Source: Chiloscyllium plagiosum
Taxonomy: Eukaryota
DNA length: 32,448 nucleotides
Direction: 5' to 3'
NCBI RefSeq assembly: GCF_004010195.1
Contig: NW_025214901.1
Coordinates: 21,970-54,417, forward strand
Shown: piece by piece, positions 12,301 through 23,259 of the stretch
How the letters are laid out: each line of letters opens with the position of its first letter
Numbering within the stretch: the first letter of the stretch is position 1
The notes under the pieces: model-generated
What the model was told of the DNA's origin: nothing
Databases searched by the model: none
What the model saw: only the letters and a program-made list of their open reading frames with translations
Made by a program: the position numbers and the translations under genes

Positions 12301-12510
12301 TAAAGGGTCTGTACTGATAGTGGAACACAGTGAGAGCCTCCTGATGCAGGAGCCCTGAAGACCAATAATGAGTGAATAACTTAAAGTCAGACGTTCGTTC
12401 CTAAGAGTGCACCTCATTGCCTGAGAATGTGTTCTGGGGCAGAGAGTTAATGTAATTCGGTCAGACATAAAGGGATATTACACAATTAAAGTCTCAGTAC
12501 TGAGGTTGTG
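9340..12510. repeat. Degenerate satellite block of two minisatellites (~29 bp unit A and ~33 bp unit B) in mixed orientation
   Basis: Unit A aattctcccattta… recurs at 10595, 10624, 10652, 10681 and on to ~11700, reversed at ~9340-9590. Unit B ctcagtactgaccctctgacagtgcagcactcc-like is forward at ~9600-10330 and reversed at ~10330-10560 and ~11850-12510. Confidence 0.8.
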
Positions 12511-12544
12511 TGTTGCCATCGTCTTTACAGAACTTTCGGGCTAT

Positions 12545-12641
12545 TTTCTGGTCAGAGAAAAGCGATTGGTGGTGATTTAATCTGAGAGTCATAAGAACGC
12601 AGGCGAGAGAAGATGTTGAGCAGGAGTGTCATTCATGTTAT
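12545..12641 (-). mobile_element. Fragment of a tRNA-derived SINE interrupted by the Penelope element
   Basis: ggtgatttaatctgagagtcataagaacgcaggcgagagaagatgttgagcaggagtgtcattcatg resembles a recalled common shark interspersed repeat. Confidence 0.4.
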
Positions 12642-13936
12642 CCATTACGCGAGGGGATACCTCCCACCATGTACGTGGCAGGTACTCATGCGACTCAGCC
12701 AATGCTGTCTGCCTCATCCTCTGCAGGCAAAGCTGCCCCGAGGCATGGTACTCAGTTGAAACCGACAGAGGCTATGGAAACGGCAGAATGGGCACCGCAC
12801 AACTATCAACAGAAAGGAGTATTCCCTCCTGGTTGGAGAACACTTCAGCGGTCCAGGACATTCGACCTCAGACCTTCGGTGACCATTCTCCAAGGCAGAC
12901 TTTGGGACAGGCAGTAGCGAAAAGTGGCCGAGTAGAAGCTGATAGCTAAGTTCGTTACCCATACGGAGGACCTCATCCAGAACCTTGGGTTCACGTCACA
13001 CTGCAGGTGACCACAATTGCACTGTATACACACACACACACACTCACCCCTATACACACACATACACACAGAGACATCTATGCACAGACAGGCACACAGA
13101 CACACAAACACTCCAACAGACACACACTCTCACATGTACCGTCCGACAGACTTAGACCCCTTTACACTCACACACTCACAACCCCTCACCCCAGATACAC
13201 ACACACAGGCGTGCTCATATCCATTCACATAGACACATTTACACACAGTCATGCACACAGACACTCTTACAGACACACACTCCCACATGCATCTTCTCAC
13301 AGACTTAGACCCATTTACGCTCTCACAAATATATACACTCACTCACAGACACTCACCCCAGACACACACGCATGTACACACACTCGCTTGTGTACACACA
13401 CACACAAACACACCCACATGCACACATACACAGATATGCTTGTAGGTTGAATTTGTACATGCAGAGTTACATTATACTTTGCTCAAAAACTGCATGAATC
13501 CATGTAAGGCTGTTCACTCATTTTTTAGATTAGAATCAGTCCCAATATTATGACACAGACAACAGAACACAGGGGGATAACACCTTCAACATCTTAAATG
13601 TCTCACACCAATTGTTGCAGTTAACCTAAGAATGGAAGTTTATAATAAAATGCGATTTACATCTGTAAAAAGTGAAACCATTGTAGTCATTCTAACAGAT
13701 GAGAGACCAAGAGACTTAAACAATCAAGGCACTTTTCAATGTATAATTTCAGTTACATTGCACTGCAAACTTTTGATATAAATTTAGGCTTTACAATTAT
13801 GTACTCCACAACTACCTGCTCAAGGAGCAGCCCTCCGAAACCTATTGCTTCCACTTAAACTTGTTTGACTATAATCTGGTATTTATGACTTTCAAGGTTG
13901 TACACACCAGTCCAACACCAGTTTCTACAAATCATG
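12642..13936 (+). mobile_element. Penelope-like element, 5'-truncated (GIY-YIG domain, CA-rich UTR, terminal tail)
   Basis: ITRGDTSHHVRGRYSCDSANAVCLILCRQSCPEAWYSVET…NGHRTTI…VGEHFSGPGH…LIAKF…LGFTSH, stop ~13010, disabled; tail ends ccagtccaacaccagtttctacaaatcatg. Confidence 0.9.
13025..13435. repeat. CA-rich low-complexity tract within the Penelope 3' UTR
   Basis: Imperfect (CA)n with an internal repeated unit acagacttagaccc…ctcaccccaga at ~13146-13196 and ~13298-13362. Confidence 0.9.
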
Positions 13937-13962
13937 ACACTCCAGAGTATGTGTTATTCTCT

Positions 13963-14198
13963 GGATAAAAGCAAATTACTGCGGATGCTGGAATCTGAAA
14001 CCAAAATAGAAAATGCTGGGAAATCTCAGCAGGTCTGGCAGCATCCATAAGGAGAGAAAAGATCTGATGTTTCGAGTCTAACTGACCCTTTGTCAAAGCC
14101 CCAGCTTTGAAAAAGGGTCAATTAGACTCGGAACGTCAGCTTTTTTCTCTCCTTCCAGATGCTGCCCGACCTGCTGAGATTTTCTAGCATTTTCTCTC
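13963..14198. mobile_element. Palindromic non-autonomous Penelope-tail element with 14-bp TSD
   Basis: Inverted arms 14008-14099 and 14104-14195 (80/92 identical by manual count), 4-nt loop; direct repeat atgtgttattctct at 13949-13962 and 14199-14212. Confidence 0.88.
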
Positions 14199-14269
14199 AT
14201 GTGTTATTCTCTATCGCCTCGAATCGATTCCAAAATACTTCACTCACTGCTATCTGTTACACATACGTA

Positions 14270-15359
14270 AAACCAAATCTGAAACTCCTGCATAACATTC
14301 CAGTCAAGTTTAAATATATATAACCCATTGTGAAACGCCTGTATAACATTCCAGTTTGTGACTAACTGCCGGGGATCTGGTTTATATATATATATATATA
14401 ATCTACTGCAAAACTCCTGCGTAGAATTCCAGCTTGCAACCCACTCCCGGGTATCTGATTGATAGAAATAGATCACTCCGAAACTCCTGTATAACTTTCC
14501 AGTGTGGAACTCCCTCCCGGGTATCTGGTTTATACATACAACACATCCCGAAACTCCTGTATAACATTCCAATCTTAACTTCCTCCCGTGTATTTGGTTT
14601 GTATATATAACCCACACCGAAACACCTGCGTTACATTCCAGACTGTAACTTTCTCCCAGTTATCCAGTGAAAAGATATAACTAAATCCGAAACTCCTGTA
14701 TAATATTCCAGCCTGTAACCCCCTCCCAGTTATCTAGTTTACATATGTAAAACCTACTCCAAAACTCCTGTATATATTCCAATCCGTCACTCATCCCGGG
14801 TACTTGGTTCTTATATATAAGAACTTACTCCAAAACATTCCAGTCTTTAACTCCCTCCTAGGTATCTGGTTTGTGGATGTAACCGATTCCAAAACTCCTG
14901 CATAACATTCCCATCTATACTGATGTCTGCAACTCACTCCCAGATATCTGGTTTATATGTATTACCCACTCCGAAACTCCTGCATAACATTCCAGTCTTT
15001 AACTCACTTATAGGGTAAATTTTTTATATATACTTAAACAACTCCGAAACTGTTGTCTGTAACTCCCTCCAGGGTATCTGGTTTATACACATATTTAAGC
15101 CACTCCAAAACACCTGTATAACATTCCAGTATGTAACTCCCTCCCCTGTATCTGGTTTACACACATGACCCACTCCTCTGTATCATTCCCGTCTGTAAAT
15201 CCCTGCCGGGTATCTGGTTTTTACAGAAAACCCACATCGAAACTCCTCTATAACATTATGATGTGTAACTTCCTGCTGGGTATCTGGTTTATATATATAG
15301 CCGACTCCGAAAATGCTGCATAACATTCCAGTCTGTAACTCATTCTTGAGTATCTGGTT

Positions 15360-15360
<1 letters not shown>
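14270..15360. repeat. ~70-bp minisatellite, about 15-16 diverged copies
   Basis: Unit ccgaaactcctgtataacattccagtctgtaactccctcccgggtatctggtttatatatataacccact; anchor aaac(t/a)cctg at 14481, 14551, 14620, 14690, 14762. Confidence 0.95.
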
Positions 15361-15361
<1 letters not shown>

Positions 15362-15399
<38 letters not shown>

Positions 15400-15411
15400 T
15401 GTGTGTGTGTG
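15362..15411. repeat. (TG)n microsatellite
   Basis: TG run interrupted by a gcgcgca stretch. Confidence 0.97.
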
Positions 15412-15864
15412 CAACATAGTGAAGACCTTCCCATGCCTTTCAATACATTTGTCATTATTTACACCTTTCCCTCCAATTTCAAAGAATGCACTGCTTCTCA
15501 ATACGCATATGCTTAACGCATTCCATTAACGAATTCTGCCCACGCTTTGCTCTGGCAAGTAATTTGCCGACATTCGTTGTTATTATATAAAGAGCTGTTA
15601 TCAGCCAGTGGATCTGCAAATGAGATCAGTGAGTACTTTTTCTTACTTGTTAAATTCCTTCCTCCCATTTCTAATGGTGGAAAGGAAACGTGTACTTAAT
15701 GGAGGTTAGTCCACCGATCCTCTAAACAGCATATGAAACCATTCAGATGGGCAGATTGAGCACATTAATTCGCTGAAGTTAAATATCCATTCATTTGCAA
15801 ATAGGCTGACTGATGATGTGAATAATTTATGACTGACACCAATCAGCTGATATTTAAAATTGAT

Positions 15865-16200
15865 CGGATGCGGATGTCACTGGAAAAGCCAATACTTATT
15901 GCTTGTTCCTGGTGGCCCAGACAGGGAGTCAACGAGCAATAATATCGAATGGGTTTGGAGTTATTTGTAAATAAAGGAAGGTAATGACGGCAGATCTACA
16001 TTGATGAAGGACATTACTAAAATCTGTTTTGTTCAAGAATTGATATGATTTCCATGTCTGACATTAGGCTGTTTATTTAATCAAGTAGTTGGAGTCAAAT
16101 CTCCTTATTCTGCATTGTGAAATTGAAATGTGGTAATAAATCGTCTTGGCATTTTGGATTTTTAACCCAGAGATAAGTCCAACAACTCAACATTGCTCAC
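15865..16200 (-). mobile_element. Old tRNA-derived SINE (SacSINE1/Deu-SINE-like, from recall)
   Basis: gtcactggaaaagccaatacttattgc…ggtaatgacggcagat…aaggacattact matches in order a recalled abundant shark SINE on the reverse strand. Confidence 0.55.
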
Positions 16201-16221
16201 AAAGCATTTGGAGCTTTCATG

Positions 16222-16560
16222 CATAGAACCATAGCGTCTTAGAGTCATGTAGGCCAGACAAAGACCCTTCACTCGCACTCGTAAGCTCCAAACAAATTTC
16301 TGCAAGTGAATGAGTTCCATTTTCCTGCATTCGGCCTGTATCACTCTAATCTTTTCCAACTGTTGTTGCAACCCAGATGTCTTTTAAATTTCCCAACTCT
16401 ACTCACCTCTCCAACATCCTCTCGCATCTCCTTTTAATTTCACATTTCCAAGCAGAGAGAAAAAAATTATCTTCAACATTTTGACATTTTGAACAAATAA
16501 ACCATCACTCTTTTCCTTAAAATTATGCATCATTAGTGAATCTCCACTTGTGTCCTATTT
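16222..16560 (-). mobile_element. Degenerate CR1 LINE 3' end
   Basis: catagaaccatag…aagacccttc…cattttcctgcattcggcctgtatcactct…cccagatgtcttttaaa. Confidence 0.65.
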
Positions 16561-17379
16561 TTTCGTTGCATCATGATTGCAAAAACCAACTTGTCTCTCA
16601 GAGATTACCTTTATCTTTGTTGTTGATACTGTTAACAAAACCTAGTTCGATTTCGGCAGTTCATTCCCGTCAGTGCCCGAACCTGGAAAATAGTTCACGA
16701 AATCGGAACTTCCCGGTCGATCATTGATACATAACATTGCAAAACGGTACAAAGTCATCATTCGAGTCAGTGCTTTCTGTTGCTTGATGTTGAAAGCTGA
16801 GCAATTCTTCTGTTATTCCATTTGGCGTTCTTTCAAACCCTTTCACGTGGACCTTTCAGCAAAAATATAAGATTGTGGAGCACTTCAACTGCTTGTTTTT
16901 GATGACTGCTTATGAAGCTAATTGTCAAATTATAGTATTCCATATGCTGTATTAAGGACATTTTAATTTCGTCTGATATTTCAGGTATGGGATCCTTGGA
17001 GCAGATGTTTTCTGCATCTAAGATGTTGTCTTGACACTGTGCATCATTTCAATCTCCAGATTTATACGTTAGCCCAGCCCTTGTATATTATCCAGACTCC
17101 GCATCAATGTACGTTGGTGAGAAATTTGGAAAACAGTGCACCGATCCACGACAGAGATAAATGTCTGACATAAAACTTGTACACTTCTTTACCTCTCAAG
17201 AATTATTCTCGCTCATTTCGGCCTTACTTGTCCAAATTGCCAGTAACAATGAATTTATCACCTTTGTTTTCCAGTTGTAACATGACAATGTATTCAAGCT
17301 GCGGGGAAATGACAACTTTGAGGCTGCCACACAAACGAAGTTCAGTTGGGTATAAATGCTTGAGCATCATCCAACTTTC

Positions 17380-19045
17380 GTAAAATATCATGACAAGCAA
17401 CCAGTGGCTCGGAGCTTTGTACTTATAATGTTCACGTACAGGCTAGTTAGAGCTCACATCAATTCTTGGCAGCCTGCCTGCCTCAATCCAGTGCAATCTG
17501 CATACCACTGTAACAGGTCCATAGAAGTCACCATTTTCCTAGCAATGAACTTGGCCCTGGAACATTTGGATGCAAGACTCTTAACCATGATCCGTAACTT
17601 CGCCTTCAACATGATAATCCCCTCCAGTCTGATCTCAAACTTTTGGGAGCAAAGTTCATGCTCTGCAACTGGATCCTTGCCTTCCTATTGCACATACAAC
17701 AATCAGTGAAGAAAACCAACTGCAATTCATGTACAATAATTGGTAACAGTGCTGGTGGCATGGCGGTTCAGTGGTAAGCGCTGGTGCCTCAAGGTGGTAG
17801 GGATCCAGGTTGGATTTCAGCCTTGGGTGACTGTCTCTATAACGTTTGCACATTCGCTGGTGTGTCTTGTCCGGTTTCCTCGCACAATACAAAGGTATCG
17901 AATTTAAGTAAATTGGCCGTGGTTAATTTCTCAAAGTGTTCAGTGATGTGTAGGTTATGTGCATTATTTTTGGGCAAATGTGCAGTAGTAGGGTAATGGG
18001 CATGAGTGGGCGGTTCGGATTGGACGTTTTAGGCCGAAGTTCCTGTTGACACTCTGGCGATTCTATAAGGGGAAACGCCCAGCCCAGGTTGCATCCGCAT
18101 CACCCGACTGTAATTCTTGTACTACCACGACTGTGTAGACTTATTCCAAACGAACGCCATCTAAGATTTTGCTGACGACACCAAGGGTATAAATCAATGA
18201 TCAGTTAAGATACAGAAGGGAGATAGAGGGCTTGGCCTTGTTGTGCAAAGATAACCTCTCGCTGAATGTCAGAAAAACAAGATAACTGATCATTAACATC
18301 AGGAAGAAAGGGGAAGGGCATGCCTCATCGACATCAATGGAACCGACATTGAGAGTTTGAAGAGCGTCAATTTCTGCGGAATGACGATAACCAATAACCT
18401 GTGTTGGACTTCCGACATAGTTGTGACGATCAAAAAGGCACAGAAACGTCTCTGCTTCCTCAGGTTACCTCGAAAATTCGACATATTCGCAAGGACCCTC
18501 ACCAACTTTTGCATATACAGAATAGAAAGCCTGATGTCCAGGCGCATGATGGCCGGGTCTGTCATCTGCTCTGCCCAGCATCGGACAAAACTACAGAACG
18601 ATGTACGTACAGTCCAGACCGATACAGAAACCAACCTCCCATCCTTGGATAAGATTTACACTTCCTGTTCCAGCAGAAAGGCTGCCAAAATAATCAGTGA
18701 CCATTCCCACACAAGTAATGCTTTCCTTCAAACTCTTCTGTGAAGCAGAAATACTAAAGCGTGAACATAGACACCAGCAGTTTCAAGAACAGCTTCTTCA
18801 ATGCCGCCAGCAGACTGCTTAAAGGAATCTCTACTTTCAAATTGTGTTAATATTGTGCATGTTGATCTTGCTTCACGAACCTCCTGTGCAGTGTAACCTT
18901 TGTGTTTCACTCTCTCTAAGCATTCTATAATCTATCTGACCTTGCTTCTTATGGCCTGTTTGTACTGCTCACAGACAAAACTTTCACTGACCTAACGTAC
19001 ACTTGACTACAAGAAATCAAACAAATGTATCAAATCAAATCAAAC
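17380..19045 (+). mobile_element. Rex-Babar-type LINE RT fragment with 3' UTR, split by a SINE
   Basis: PVA…RLVRAHINS…LNPVQSAY..NRS…LEHLD…AFNMIIPS; FADD at 18168-18179; TIKKAQKRLCFLRL…LTNF…IES; ends in a (caaat)n tail. Confidence 0.9.
17754..18066 (+). mobile_element. HE1-like SINE nested in the Rex-Babar RT
   Basis: ggcatggcggttcagtggtaagcgctggtgcctca…ggttggatttcagccttgggtgactgtc…aggccgaagttcctgttgacactctggcgattctat; RT homology resumes afterwards. Confidence 0.85.
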
Positions 19046-20178
19046 ATCTCGTCGTCACAGCTGAGGAACAGAGTGATATTCTCACTGGTGTTTTCATGTA
19101 CGGATATTGCTAAATTAACATTACCTGAAGAAGAAAGCAATTTGCCTCTTTGCTACCTCATTTCTCTGGTTTGCGACTCTATGCTTTCCATATTTGAAGC
19201 CATGGATTCTCTATTACGAAAATAATTGTACCTCAATAAATATTTGACAGTGCACTTAAATTCCATGTGGATACCCTTTCATGGCAACGTTATGCATAGA
19301 ATTTGACTTTTCGAATAAAGGTCCAACATATTAATCTGAAAGTTCTCAGTGTCCATATTTTTTCAATCTCATTTTCTAACAGGCTGAGGACTGAACAATT
19401 GCAACATCCCCGGGCTAAATTTAAAGTACAGAAAAACGGAATGCGACAGGTGTGTATCGTCCCTTCAGTCCATGTTTGCTGAATCCACTATCTAATTCTC
19501 TGATCCATTATTCTTCTTTAAAACGGGAAAAAAAGCCCAGAAACAATATTGCAAATGATTCCAGGAATGTCTCCCAATAGAAAGATAATGTGCAGTCTTT
19601 TTTTCTATATACACAAATCTGTTCTTATTCACTCCCAATCAGTCAACGCTCTCAGTTTGACTGCAAGCAATCATGCGACAATATTGTGGCTTATCGTGAT
19701 GTGTTCTGTGGTGTTTGTTTTGCAGAAGGATACTTTCTCAGTGTTTCAGATATTTCTCCTTCAGGTAGGCTGTTGTTAAACACTTTTGAGTTCGCAATGG
19801 TTGAGTTTTAGAGTAAGACAGAAGACACATGACGTGGGGTCAGGTTCACGTCCAAAGGGAACTTGCATTTGCTTTCAGTGACGTGGTGATTTTTGCTCGC
19901 TTTTGGAGCTGACCTGTTGAGTTCCCTGTTGCTAGAATGTGGACTTCGACAAGGAGAATTCAGTCTTAACATCGAAAGGGGTAGATTGTTTCTTGTTGTT
20001 CACATCTAACAAGTGTGTGCTTATGGAATGCTGTGTATATTGCAAGATTTGATTATTTGTGATTATAAGATACATTTAATTGTCATTAATTTTTATATAA
20101 TAAAGAAACAGTCCCTCCAGTCCTTCAAGTCTTTACCAACATATTTTCCTTTCCATACAAAGGCTGTGTTCACTTTCC

Positions 20179-20504
20179 TCTGTTCTTATTCTTGTATTCG
20201 TCCACATGTTTTTGACGGCTGTTGTTGTGTCTGCTTCCACCATTTCCTTAGGCAGCCTGTTCTAATCATACACCATGTTGTGAGTAAAACAAAAGACTGT
20301 TTCACACATCTCGTTTATGCTCCCCCTCCACCATCAGGAAATCTGTTCTTATTCTTGTATTCGTCCACATGTTTTTGACGGCTGTTGTTGTGTCTGCTTC
20401 CACCATTTCCTTAGGCAGCCTGTTCTAATCATACACCATGTTGTGAGTAAAACAAAAGACTGTTTCACACATCTCGTTTATGCTCCCCCTCCACCATCAG
20501 GAAA
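20179..20504. repeat. Perfect 163-bp direct tandem duplication
   Basis: 20179-20341 and 20342-20504 read identically (tctgttcttattcttg…ccaccatcaggaaa). Confidence 0.95.
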
Positions 20505-21802
20505 CTTGTGTCCCCTACAAGTTATCCCTTCAACATGGGGATGTTGCATCATAGTTCCCACTCTACCTATGCCACTTAGAACCTTCTAAAATTCTGTCAA
20601 ACAGGTCTTCAAACGCCAGCATTCCACTGAAAGAAGCCCCGGTTTATCCAATCGCACTTCACAGCTAAATTCCCATACCAGGCAAACCGAAATTCTTGGT
20701 AATTTATTTCAGTATGCTGTCTGAAGCATGCATACCCACCTGATCGTGTGGTGACCAGAAGTGCACGCAATAATCCAAGGGTGGCCGAACCACAATTTCA
20801 TAAAACTGCAGCGTAGCCTGCTTATCCTTATTCCCAATGTCCCTTCCCGTGAAAGCACGCGTGTCATGGCCCATTTTAACCACCTTATCGATCTGTGTTA
20901 CAACCTTGAGTGATTCGTGGAACTGCGCACCCAGATCCCGCTGCACATCAATACTCCTGAAGGGTCTGCCATTCTCTGTGTCATTTCCTCTTATACTTTA
21001 CCTTCCAAAATTCAGCACTTAATGTTCTGCACTAGTAAGCCAGGACAGAATTTGTCAAAGCCTTTGTTGAAGTCCATGTCGACAACATGAATCAGTTTTG
21101 CCTTATCAATCATCTTTGTTATCTGCTCAAAAAAAACTATATCTATTATTGAGGCATGACTTCACGTTCAAAACTAAGCCCTGTCTCGCTAATAAATTAA
21201 TTTGTTTCTAAATACATATAGATGTTGTCCTTGAGCATCGTTTCCATAGATTGCCCTATCACCGATGTGCTGTTCAAGAGCTGTAATTTGCTCAAGTATT
21301 GCTGTTACCCTCCTTAAACAATGAGACAACATTGGCGATTGTCCAGTCTTCCGGAACTCCACATCCGGCCAAGGAGGACAAAAAGAGGGCAGTAAAGAGG
21401 ACAGTATTTTTTTTTTGTGTTGCCTTCCTTAACCTTCTCGGATAGATCCCACCTGGGCCTTGGGACTTATCGAAGTTGATATTTTTTAAGTTGCACATCA
21501 CCTCTTCCATTTTAATCGAACCTTGGCGTTGAAATTCGACACCCCCTTCCCTGAGATCATCTTCCTCCAATTCTGTCTCTTTGATGGATCCCAACATGAA
21601 GTATTCATTTCGTCTTTCATCTACTTCTTCAGGTTCCATACACATGATCCCTCATTTATCTTTGAGTGGACCAACGCTTTCCCCAGCTATCCTCTTTTTT
21701 TATGTATGCTATACACTTCAAGGGCTTCATCAAATCTTTTTCTCCTGGGTCTTTGAAGTGTTTGCTTTATCTTTTTAACCAAGATAATAACATCCCTGGT
21801 CA

Positions 21803-22428
21803 GAACGTTAAGGAGTCATAGAGATGTAGGGAATGGAAACAGATCCTTCTCTGCAACTCGCCTATGCTGACCAGATATCTTAATCTAATCTAGTCCCATT
21901 TTCCAACACTTTACCAATAACCGCCTAAACTCTTCTTATTGATTAACCCATGCAAATGCCTTTTAAATGCAGAAATTGTGCCAGCACTTCCTCTGGCAGC
22001 TCATTCCACACGCACACCACCTTCTGCATGAAAAAGTTGCCCCTTAGGTACCTTTTATATCTTTCCCCTCTCGGCCTGAACTGATGCCCTCCAGTTCCTG
22101 ACATCCCTCACCCCCTCCTCCCCACACACACCCAGTGAAAAAAAAAACCTTGTGAATTTATCCTATTCATTTCCCTGGTTATTTTCTAAACCTCTATATG
22201 GTCACCCCTCAGCCTCCGACGCTGAACGGAAAACAGCCGCAGCCTGGTCAGCCTCTTCCAATAGCTCAAAACCTCCAAACTTAGCAACATCCTTGAAAAC
22301 CTTTTCTGCATGTGTTGTAGTTTCACAATATTCTTCCGCCGGGAAGGAGACCGGAATCACACGGAATATTCCAAAAATTCCCGAACAATTGTTCTGTACA
22401 GCCACATCTTGTCCTCCCAACACTTCGT
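21803..22428 (-). mobile_element. Second CR1/HER1 3' fragment nested in the older CR1
   Basis: A fresh 3' terminus (gagtcatagagatgtagggaatggaaacagatcc…aatctagtcccatt) interrupts the host linker region, which resumes at ~22428. Confidence 0.85.
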
Positions 22429-23155
22429 CCATGGTTCACGTAAATCACGTACCTGTCCTTCATTCTCGAAGGAGTGCGCATCTGCTGAAGTCTTCAAACT
22501 GACCATTGAAACACTCCCACATGTCCAATATGAATTTACCTTCAAGCAGACGCCTCCAATCAAAATTGCACAGCTCTTGCCTAATATTGTTGTAGTTTGC
22601 CTGCCCTCGATTTAACACCTTCACGAAAAGACTGCAAATATCCCTTTGCAAGAGTATGTTAAAAGTCACGACATCATGGTCACTACTCCCGAAATTCTTC
22701 TGTGTTGCACTTTCACTCACCTAATCGCACTCATTTTCCAAATTGAAGCCCAGTACAAACGCCTCCCTTGTTTGAGCGTATGCATCATGTGTCAAGAATG
22801 CCTCCTGAATTGTCCTTATAATTTCTGTTTCATCCAAGTCTCTAGAACGAAGTAAGACGCAAACAGTGCAGGGAAATTTAAATTCACCCAAATCAACGAC
22901 CCGCATCATGCTTCATGGTGGACAAATGGAATATTACAGTGCACACCATTTTTAAAAATTTATATAATCAATATTTAAGATCTAGAATATATCCATAATA
23001 TATTTCTGCAGCTTGAGATTGTTCTGATCAAAAGGAAATTAAACAGAAAATTGTGTTTTGTCTTGGAATTAAGTCCTTCTGACATAATCAACTGACCAGA
23101 GCAGACTCAGTGGAGGCGTTCAGTTTTAATTTATTTGTATCCCATTACAAGTAGT

Positions 23156-23259
23156 GGGCTTGAGTGGGCTCGTGTAGGTTAGGTGGGCTTGGATCGGCGC
23201 AACATCGAGGGCCAAAGGGCCTGTACTGCGCTGTATTCTTCTATGTTCTAAGTTCTATG
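23156..23259 (+). mobile_element. Short 5'-truncated CR1-type 3' tail with 10-bp TSD
   Basis: ggatcggcgcaacatcgagggccaaagggcctgtactgcgctgtattcttctatgttctaagttctatg; tacaagtagt at 23146-23155 and 23260-23269. Confidence 0.88.

Larger units (their letters stand above)
20110..22915 (-). mobile_element. CR1 LINE remnant (endonuclease end, linker, partial RT, 3' UTR) with internal deletions and a nested insertion
   Basis: Minus ORFs GSSDHDVVTFNI (22460-22720), DKSQGPGGIYPR…VPEDWTIANVVSLFK (21292-21645), QRDLGAQFHESLKV…VRPPLDYCVHFWSP (20704-20946). Confidence 0.9.

Noticed and set aside
12845..13450. His/Thr-rich and Cys/Val-rich ORFs
   Set aside because: Translations of the CA/TG low-complexity tract.
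12623..13943. 10-bp inverted repeat (ggagtgtcat / atgacactcc) around the Penelope element as TIRs
   Set aside because: The left copy lies inside a separate SINE-like fragment and Penelope elements lack TIRs; probably coincidence.
9340..15360. CRISPR-like arrays in the 29/33-bp and 70-bp periodic regions
   Set aside because: Units are contiguous diverged tandem copies without unique spacers, there are no cas genes and the context is vertebrate.
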